Shown: positions 17,817-27,143 of the stretch, piece after piece
How the letters are laid out: every line of letters starts with the position of its first letter
How positions within the stretch are numbered: the stretch's first letter is position 1
Assembly: GCA_964610875.1 (NCBI GenBank)
Contig: CAZSWP010000024.1
Coordinates: forward strand, 31,170 to 58,312
From: an uncultured archaeon
Lineage (GTDB): Archaea; Asgardarchaeota; Thorarchaeia; Thorarchaeales; Thorarchaeaceae
Direction of reading: 5' to 3'
Length of the DNA stretch: 27,143 nucleotides
Notes under the pieces: model-generated
The model's database searches: none
The model's input: only the letters and a program-made list of their open reading frames with translations
What the model was told of the DNA's origin: nothing
Translations under genes and position numbers: made by a program

Positions 17817-18064
17817 TTGAAAACCTCCTAGTCCATCGAACGAGATACGAAAGTGACCCCCTACGGTCTATAGGTGGAGTGTCCCTTCTATCCACTAGAT
17901 CTAGTATCCACTAGTTAGATAGAGAGCCTTTGTCTGCTTCACGCAAGTCATCTAGAGTATGATAGATATAGTACACCCGAACCAGCCACGATGGTGGCAA
18001 CGACTCATGTCGTCGGCCTTCGCGACTTGCCTATGTTTAGAATTCGTATCTCGGTTCGTATGGC
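17817..18064 (-). ncRNA. Candidate structured cis-regulatory 5' leader RNA (riboswitch-like, class unrecognised)
   Basis: Closing stem 18063-18043 / 17851-17833 (19 bp, two 1-nt bulges). Inner stem 18030-18024 / 17949-17943. Tetraloop hairpins at 17999-18014 and 17985-17998. Further hairpins at 17887-17923 and about 17854-17883. It is bounded by the TATA box and the SD. Confidence 0.6.
17824..17828 (-). promoter_or_regulatory. Shine-Dalgarno GGAGG of the homocysteine synthase gene
   Basis: The minus strand reads TAGGAGGTTTTCAAATG. Confidence 0.8.
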
Positions 18065-18086
18065 AAGTATCAGGGCGGAGAATTAT

Positions 18087-18094
18087 GTATATAA
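18087..18094 (-). promoter_or_regulatory. TATA box of the homocysteine operon
   Basis: TTATATAC on the minus strand, with purine-rich GGGAATAGG upstream (BRE-like). Standard spacing predicts a start near G18064, in a pyrimidine-purine step. Confidence 0.6.
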
Positions 18095-18180
18095 CCTATT
18101 CCCGAAGCTTCCGAGTATGACAACTCTGTTGCAAAATGAACAAACACTGGGCAATGAGGTCATAGTTCACTACAGCTAAA

Positions 18181-18205
18181 ATGTTTGATTTCGAACATCT
18201 TTTTT
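18181..18205. terminator. Hairpin plus T-tract, putative terminator
   Basis: ATGTTTG-ATTT-CGAACAT followed by CTTTTTT on the + strand. It also lies 66 nt downstream of the beta-galactosidase stop on the minus strand. Confidence 0.45.
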
Positions 18206-18271
18206 AGAAATCTTGATTGATTACGTGCATGAGATGATACATTTCATAACATAATATCGTCATTCAGAGAA

Positions 18272-21412
<3,141 letters not shown>

Positions 21413-21573
21413 TCAAATGGTCTACAAAGGTGTTTATCAAGATGATTGCATGAGAGGTTATTCATTTCAGACTACAAAAAAGACTGCGTTCAACTTATTA
21501 GAAACCTCACAGGATAGGTGGTTTTTGAAAAGCACATGTTTCTATTTGGCAAGTGTACCTGGGAGAAGTAAAA

Positions 21574-22653
21574 ATGGCTCTGAATTGGACTATTGGCGCA
21601 TATGTCGATCTCATTTCGGTATTCATAATTACAGTTCAATTGATAGTGATGACATATCACAACTCCACAGTGAAACATCGACATGTGGTCTTCCTTCTGG
21701 GTGTATATGTGTCGTTGACGATAGCAGCATCTCTACGCTTCATTGCAACTCTGTATCTGATCCCTGTAGTGATGATTATTGGATACTATCTGATTCCGAT
21801 AATCGGTATTTTCACATGTCTTCTCGCAGATTCGTTTACACGCGACTCTATCGATCCCGCAAAACTATCACTTCTTGCCATTCTCTCCACAATAGCCGTC
21901 ATGTTTTCTTTGGAACCTGATGCTGCAGTTGTAGGCACGTTCGCTACTGGAGACCCCGGAGTGATTTTGAGTAGCAATTTTACAATAGCTATCGGGATTC
22001 TGACTCTCATGATATGTAGCGTCTTTGCGTACTATACACCACTCATGCATCGAGCTGCGTCTCCAGCATTCAAACGGTACACCTTGCTTTGTATGCTGAG
22101 TGGATTCATGTTTGCAGTTGTCGTACCATTTTCACTACTGGTAAGAGCGTCCAATGTTTTACCTCGGGTGGAAACACTTCTGACCACACTTGCGATTGTT
22201 CCATGGACCATAGCACTTGTAAAAGAACCAAGACTTGCATTTGTGCTGCCATTCAAGGTCGCCAGATTGACAGTTTTTGAAACAGAAGGAGGGATACCTA
22301 TCTACAATAAGACCTGGGCCAGTTGGGACTCCAGTAATATGACTCATGAGGGTCTATTCACAGGAATGCTACAGGGCATTGGTATGATTCTCATTGAAGC
22401 AATGGATAAGGGTGATGTGAGAGAGATCCAGATGTCAGATGCAATCCTTCTGTTGAATCACAGTACTGAGTTTCCTATTGCTTGTGTTCTCGTCACCACT
22501 GAGTCAACTCAAACACTGCGGCATGCTCTAAGTAAATTCGCAGAAGACTTCTATGAGCGGTTTGCAGATGAGTTTCATGACACTGTAAAGATGGACAGAT
22601 TCACTGGTGCATCAGAGCTTGTAGATGAGCACTTTGCATTTGTTCCTGAGTGA
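21574..22653 (+). CDS. Seven-TM membrane protein with a C-terminal longin-like cytoplasmic domain
   Basis: Seven hydrophobic segments in the first ~220 aa, then LTVFETEGGIPIYNKTW...GLFTGMLQGIGMIL...VREIQM..AILLL...IACVLVT...LRHALSKFAEDFYERF. The ATG at 21574 follows GGGAG. Confidence 0.65.
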   Translation: MALNWTIGAYVDLISVFIITVQLIVMTYHNSTVKHRHVVFLLGVYVSLTIAASLRFIATLYLIPVVMIIGYYLIPIIGIFTCLLADSFTRDSIDPAKLSLLAILSTIAVMFSLEPDAAVVGTFATGDPGVILSSNFTIAIGILTLMICSVFAYYTPLMHRAASPAFKRYTLLCMLSGFMFAVVVPFSLLVRASNVLPRVETLLTTLAIVPWTIALVKEPRLAFVLPFKVARLTVFETEGGIPIYNKTWASWDSSNMTHEGLFTGMLQGIGMILIEAMDKGDVREIQMSDAILLLNHSTEFPIACVLVTTESTQTLRHALSKFAEDFYERFADEFHDTVKMDRFTGASELVDEHFAFVPE

Positions 22654-22814
22654 TTGTGTTTCTATAAGAGTGTAATAATCCAAGAGAGAAATGACGAATG
22701 AAATCTGTGTGCACATAATGAATTCACTCCAAAGAATCATAGCAGTTATGCATTATTCATTCTGTACATTAAAATACTAATCCAGAACTATGCTATTTTG
22801 GGGATGATCGTAAA

Positions 22815-23669
22815 TTGACGTATCATACAACCAAAAATAATCAGTCTGCAGTGCTTTTCTTCTTATTGACCTTTCTGATATCCTGGTTGATTTGGCTGCC
22901 AGGGGTCCTAGTAGTGTTTGGGATACTAGATATTCAATTTGATAATCTATCTTATGCGATATTGAACATTGCAGGAGGTTTCGGACCTACCATAGCAGGT
23001 CTTCTTCTCTTCTACAGAGAGAGTGGTATGCCTGCCATAAAGAGCATATTGAAGAGCTGTGTTGATATTCGGCGAGTTGGTAGAGTCTGGTGGATACCTC
23101 TCCTTCTTCTTATGCCAATAATCAGTCTTTTAGCCTTAGCCCTTGGAGTATTATTTGGGGGAGTAGTACCAGAATTGTCTTTGCTTCAACAATGGTGGAT
23201 GATACCTGTCCTCTTCATCGGAGGGTTCCTTCCTATTTCCAATGCATTTCGTGAGGAGATTGGATGGAGAGGTTACGCCATAGAGAGTCTGCAGTCGAAA
23301 CATAATGCTTTGATTAGTTCCGTCATAATTGGAATCGCTTGGGGAGTGTGGCATTTTCCATTGATGTTATTTCCTATTGCAACCGAGGTTTACAGTTCTA
23401 CACCTCTCTGGGTCTTTATGACTAATACAATCATGTTGTCAATCATAATGACTTGGTTATACAACAGCAATTCAAAATCAATATTCACAGCACTTGCATT
23501 TCATGTCGTAGCAAACCTTTCTCCAACTATCTTCCCATTCGTTAAAACTGAATTCGGTGTCTACTTCAATATGATTCTCTTGATTGTGACCGCAGTCGTC
23601 ATTGTGGCTATCAATGGGTATGAAAACTTGACAAAAGAACCTCCTATAGAAGAATCACCTTTCTCCTGA
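22815..23669 (+). CDS. CPBP family (CAAX/Abi) intramembrane metalloprotease
   Basis: REEIGWRGY (EExxxR), WGVWHFP and FHVVAN, with multiple TM helices. Confidence 0.9.
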   Translation: MTYHTTKNNQSAVLFFLLTFLISWLIWLPGVLVVFGILDIQFDNLSYAILNIAGGFGPTIAGLLLFYRESGMPAIKSILKSCVDIRRVGRVWWIPLLLLMPIISLLALALGVLFGGVVPELSLLQQWWMIPVLFIGGFLPISNAFREEIGWRGYAIESLQSKHNALISSVIIGIAWGVWHFPLMLFPIATEVYSSTPLWVFMTNTIMLSIIMTWLYNSNSKSIFTALAFHVVANLSPTIFPFVKTEFGVYFNMILLIVTAVVIVAINGYENLTKEPPIEESPFS

Positions 23670-23724
23670 GGTATTCACCTCAAATCCATGCACACTGCAG
23701 TTACTGCTGATTAGAGAGTGCTTT

Positions 23725-23871
23725 TCAGGAAGAATAGTAACTCTCGGAAACCAAGTCTTTCAATCCGTCAATTTCCTCTTCAGGCGTCTGATCAAAAACA
23801 TCACAGGCTCTCTCAAGGTAGGGAGCTTCATCGATATAGAGCCCAATGTAATTGACGATTCTCATAATCAT
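23725..23871 (-). CDS. Putative 48-aa acidic microprotein
   Basis: MIMRIVNYIGLYIDEAPYLERACDVFDQTPEEEIDGLKDLVSESYYSS. SD-like GGGGT just upstream and TATA-like CTTATATT at 23957-23950. It is below the ORF-track size cutoff. Confidence 0.4.
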   Translation of the reverse strand: MIMRIVNYIGLYIDEAPYLERACDVFDQTPEEEIDGLKDLVSESYYSS

Positions 23872-24086
23872 TGACTACCCCATTCACGTAAATGGAGTGA
23901 CGGCGACGATTTCAGAAGACCCGCCTGATGAAGGAAATGCAATTAGTAGAATATAAGGTTCATTACGGATTAATTACAGGTAAGACCATTTCTTCTATCA
24001 CTATTAGGTATGACTTAATCTCATGAGCAGTCAATTCCTGTAAAGATTTGGCACAGCTGTATGCAAAGAGGTTGTTTCATGTGAAT

Positions 24087-25490
24087 CTAAGTGGGATGAA
24101 CTGAAAGCGTCATTGCTAATTCTTTCTTCTTCGCCGCCTCAATCTTTGCTACCGCGGACCTGAGTGTAAGTACCGCAAGAATACCAGAGATTAGTGCTGC
24201 TATCAGAATCCCTGCTTTCGCTGATTCCAATAGAATCCCAGGCACAAAAGACAACCCAGAGATGAATAGGGAAATTGTGAAGCCAATTCCAGTCAATAAA
24301 GATATCCCAACAAGAAGGTCTCTATTGAAAGCATCAGAAATCTGTATTCGACCTGTCTTCTCAACTAGCCATACGCTTGAAATAACACCGAAAGGTTTGC
24401 CAACGACCAAGCCAAAGATGATTCCTAATGTCACAGGTTGAGAGAAGAGTTCAATTATATTCAGTTCAAGCCTGACACCAGCATTTGCAAGCACAAAGAG
24501 TGGAACAATTAGAAAAGCAATCCATGGTGTAAGAAGGATCTCAGTACGCTGGAGGGGTGCCTCAGCATCTCGACAAGCCTGTTCAAGAGTGTTGGTAGTA
24601 TTCAGGAATGCCTTTGTGTCCACATCCTCGGGTTCGCAGCTGACTATTTTATTAAGCCGGCTAGATAATTGGTCATTTATCTCCTTGAACTCATCATAAT
24701 CAATTTTTGTCGTCGCAGGAATATTAGCAGCTAAAAGAACACCTGCAAGTGTGGGATGAATGCCTCCAAACAGCATGGCTATCCAAAGCCCAAGTCCTAT
24801 GATAATGTATGGGATGAGTTTGCGAACGCCCAAACGATTCAAAGCTAGAAGGACTATAACTAACACTACACTGAGAACCAGATACTCAATATGGAAACCA
24901 TGTGAATAGAAAATGGCTATTACTATTATACCTGCCAGATCGTCTACTATTGCTATGGTAGTCAAAAATACCTTTGTTGGAGTGGGAATCTTGTTTCCAA
25001 AGAGATTCAGTATACCCAAACAGATAGCAATGTCAGTGGCCATCGGAATTGCCCAACCAACTGCACCAGGACTGCCAGGCGGATTGAAGAGGAAATAGAT
25101 GAACGCCGGAACTATCATGGCACCGACTGCTGCGACGACTGGAAGAATAGCCTGTTCAATTGAACACAACCAACCAATGAGAAATTCTCGTTTGATCTCA
25201 AGTCCTATGAGGAAGAAGAAGATGGCCATGAGAAAGTCATTGACCCAGAAACCCAGAGACTCATCAATAGTGAGAGTACCAATAGATACTGCTAATCGCG
25301 TCCCCCAGAATAAGTCATATGTTGAACCAAAGGGTAGATTGACCCAGACCAATGCGATGAGCAGGCAAACGATTACTACTATACCACCTGAAGCTTCAAT
25401 TCGCATGAATTCTCTGAATGGTCGAATAGTCCTGTATACTACTGGATGAACTTGCTTTCCTTTTTTGAATCGTTTCAAGCTCTCTCTCAT
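24087..25490 (-). CDS. nhaA: Na+/H+ antiporter NhaA
   Basis: EASGG, WVNDFLMAIFFFLIGLEIKRE, GWAIPMATDIA, AIVDDL, IHPTLAGV, PLFVLANAGV, GLVVGKPFG and GIGFTISLFI. Confidence 0.93.
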   Translation of the reverse strand: MRESLKRFKKGKQVHPVVYRTIRPFREFMRIEASGGIVVIVCLLIALVWVNLPFGSTYDLFWGTRLAVSIGTLTIDESLGFWVNDFLMAIFFFLIGLEIKREFLIGWLCSIEQAILPVVAAVGAMIVPAFIYFLFNPPGSPGAVGWAIPMATDIAICLGILNLFGNKIPTPTKVFLTTIAIVDDLAGIIVIAIFYSHGFHIEYLVLSVVLVIVLLALNRLGVRKLIPYIIIGLGLWIAMLFGGIHPTLAGVLLAANIPATTKIDYDEFKEINDQLSSRLNKIVSCEPEDVDTKAFLNTTNTLEQACRDAEAPLQRTEILLTPWIAFLIVPLFVLANAGVRLELNIIELFSQPVTLGIIFGLVVGKPFGVISSVWLVEKTGRIQISDAFNRDLLVGISLLTGIGFTISLFISGLSFVPGILLESAKAGILIAALISGILAVLTLRSAVAKIEAAKKKELAMTLSVHPT

Positions 25491-25861
25491 ATCTACAACT
25501 CCGTCGTCTGAATAATCCTAGTATGAGTTCTTTTTGGATGGATGAAATGGGGCTACTTAAAATGAATAGCCTATTATCCCATTCGATATGGAACTATCAA
25601 GAAATGAGAGACCAAGTTATTTTATTCTAGTGTTGGGACGGTATTTTGTATCTAATTGGAGAGCTAATAATCAGTTTGTAAACTATTGATGGACAGCTTC
25701 AAGGGATGGTCTATTTAGAAAGTAGATCACATGCAAAATGAAATTTAGCTTTCAATGAAAACTCTATACGCATAATAGGCCTCTTACGAAGGAACTATAA
25801 GCAAGGTGCAATCCTTCCGCCCTCGCAAGCATGGCATATAACATGCAAGAGGTAGTTCATT

Positions 25862-27100
25862 ATGCACTTTGAAGAGTCAGATGAGGAAAAGATGTTCCGC
25901 GAGGCAGTGCGCGAATTCGCTCAGAAATACGTCGCACCGGCCTGGCAGGACTATGACAAGAATCATGAGATTCCTCGCGACATTATTAAGAAGATGGCAG
26001 ACCAGATGCTCTGGGCTCCAACCGTAGCTGAGGAATACGGTGGTGCCAACCTATCATGGGTCATGGCATGTATCGCAGCTGAGGAGCTTGCACGCGCAGA
26101 CCTCTCAATCGCTTTACCAGTCATGTATCTTGTTGAGGCATCATGGGCATTCATCTTCGATCGTTATGGTACAGATGAAGCAAAAGCTGAGATTCTGCCA
26201 AAGGTGACCAGTGGAGACCTGTTCTTCGGTATTGCCACAACTGAGCCCACCGGTGGTTCAGACCTTGTTAACTCAACCAAGACGACCATCAAGGAAAAAG
26301 GTGATGGATTTGTCATCAACGGTGAGAAGGTATACATCAGTGGAGTTGCAGAGTCAGAGAAGTATGGCGGTGTCTATTGGACACTTGCCAAGTCAGACCC
26401 CAAGGGTGACCACAAAGCATTCGATGCATTCATTCTTCCATTGAACTGGGGAGATGGTGTGATCGATGGTATAACGACCACACTGTTCGAGGACATGGGC
26501 AGAATGGGTGTTTCATGTGGTGGTTTTGCAATCGACAATGTAGAGATTCCAAAACACTACCTTATCGGTGAACGTGGTCGCGGTTTCTATCACGCTATGG
26601 AAGGATTCTCCGCAGCACGTGTCTTGATTGGTGCTACTTGCCTTGGTTCAGCTCAGGGTTGCTTTGACATCGGTGTAGATTATGTCAAGCAGCGCAGGCA
26701 ATTCAACAGACCACTTGCCGCTTTCGAAGGCATTCAATTCGAGGCTGTTGACTCATGGATGGCACTCCAGTCTGACAGACATCTTGTCTATCACGCTGCT
26801 TGGGTCATGGATGAGGTCTATGGTAAGGACAACAAGAATTACAACAAACTCGACATTGCCAAGTTGACCGCTGCCGCCAAGTACAAGGCGCCACACGATG
26901 CTCTTGACATCATCACTCGCGCTATGACCTGGCACGGCGCTTTCGGGTACACCAAGGAGTGTCCTCTCGAAGCAGCCTACAGGGGCGTTCGCTCCTACAC
27001 CGTCGGTGCTGAGGGTGGTGCGCATGTGCAAAAAATTGTTATGGCTAGAGAGATATTTGGCCCCGAGTATCTTCCATACCGTCAAGAGAAGCAAATGTAG
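25862..27100 (+). CDS. Acyl-CoA dehydrogenase
   Basis: EEYGG, EELARAD, ATTEPTGGSD, INGEKVYIS, LIGERGRGF, YVKQRRQFNRPL..FEGIQF, HGAFGY and catalytic-Glu region GAEGG. SD GAGGT upstream. Codons are visibly C-ending biased. Confidence 0.93.
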   Translation: MHFEESDEEKMFREAVREFAQKYVAPAWQDYDKNHEIPRDIIKKMADQMLWAPTVAEEYGGANLSWVMACIAAEELARADLSIALPVMYLVEASWAFIFDRYGTDEAKAEILPKVTSGDLFFGIATTEPTGGSDLVNSTKTTIKEKGDGFVINGEKVYISGVAESEKYGGVYWTLAKSDPKGDHKAFDAFILPLNWGDGVIDGITTTLFEDMGRMGVSCGGFAIDNVEIPKHYLIGERGRGFYHAMEGFSAARVLIGATCLGSAQGCFDIGVDYVKQRRQFNRPLAAFEGIQFEAVDSWMALQSDRHLVYHAAWVMDEVYGKDNKNYNKLDIAKLTAAAKYKAPHDALDIITRAMTWHGAFGYTKECPLEAAYRGVRSYTVGAEGGAHVQKIVMAREIFGPEYLPYRQEKQM

Positions 27101-27116
27101 ATTTATTTTTAGAAGT

Positions 27117-27143
27117 GAGGGCCTATGAGCCCTCTTTTTCTTT
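27117..27143 (+). terminator. Hairpin plus T-tract terminator after the acyl-CoA dehydrogenase
   Basis: GAGGGC-CTATGA-GCCCTC followed by TTTTTCTTT, 16 nt after the stop. Confidence 0.7.

Noticed and set aside
17833-18063. Leader read as a MITE, SRP RNA, RNase P RNA or BHB intron
   Set aside because: No target-site duplication flanks the arms. I see no SRP helix-8 or RNase P GAGGAAAGUCC motif. The bulges are single nucleotides on one strand, not a 3-4-3 bulge-helix-bulge. A MITE cannot be fully excluded without a genome-wide search.
17991-18179. 62-aa + strand ORF
   Set aside because: It is antisense to the structured leader, spans its TATA box and has no recognisable motif. Only the last 20 codons were kept as a speculative finding.
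21417-21920. 167-aa Cys/Ser-rich ORF, and other short ORFs nested in or antisense to called genes (e.g. 6594-7106, 9372-9905)
   Set aside because: They are alternative-frame shadows of well-supported genes, with atypical composition and no motifs.
23925-23937. CTGATGA..GAAA, resembling a hammerhead core or C/D box
   Set aside because: Only 2 nt lie between the motifs, so there is no stem II. No flanking stems or partner D box were found.
25788-25852. Short inverted repeats around the acyl-CoA dehydrogenase promoter (GAAGGA/TCCTTC, GCATG/CATGC, CCTC/GAGG)
   Set aside because: Arms of 4-6 bp are expected by chance. They could be an operator, but there is no second instance to support it.
25491-25861. 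nhaA-associated (Li+/Na+) riboswitch upstream of nhaA
   Set aside because: The region is AT-rich and I saw no matching motif or stable stems near the nhaA start.

Overview
Archaeal chromosomal window with about 24 protein-coding genes. Archaeal origin rests on the primase large subunit PriL, TATA boxes and GGAGG/GAGGT ribosome-binding sites. A longin-like domain protein and the gene mix suggest an Asgard lineage such as Thorarchaeia, which is inference only. Left half: a Ca-binding repeat surface protein (5'-truncated), two MBL-fold hydrolases, Ogg1, priL, a Zn-ribbon microprotein, two SAM methyltransferases, a thioredoxin-like protein, an unannotated AlkD-like pseudogene, DUF763, a radical SAM protein, a TPR protein, a HAD hydrolase and two envelope-type proteins. 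Centre: a tightly coupled minus-strand operon for Asp -> Asp-semialdehyde -> homocysteine (DUF39 sulfurtransferase with a fused ferredoxin and no CBS pair, UPF0280/ApbE-like, asd, lysC). Right half: GH2 beta-galactosidase, a 7TM-longin-like fusion, a CPBP protease, NhaA and an acyl-CoA dehydrogenase. The best candidate for a new system is the roughly 248-nt leader of the homocysteine operon (17817-18064, minus strand). It lies between a clear TATA box and the SD, its two ends form a 19-bp stem, and it has several nested helices, mutually exclusive alternative pairings and an anti-SD/SD-mimic pair. I could not match it to any riboswitch class I know, so it is a candidate archaeal riboswitch-like element. 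All structure calls are by eye; no folding or homology searches were run. No rRNA, tRNA, CRISPR array or intact mobile element was seen.
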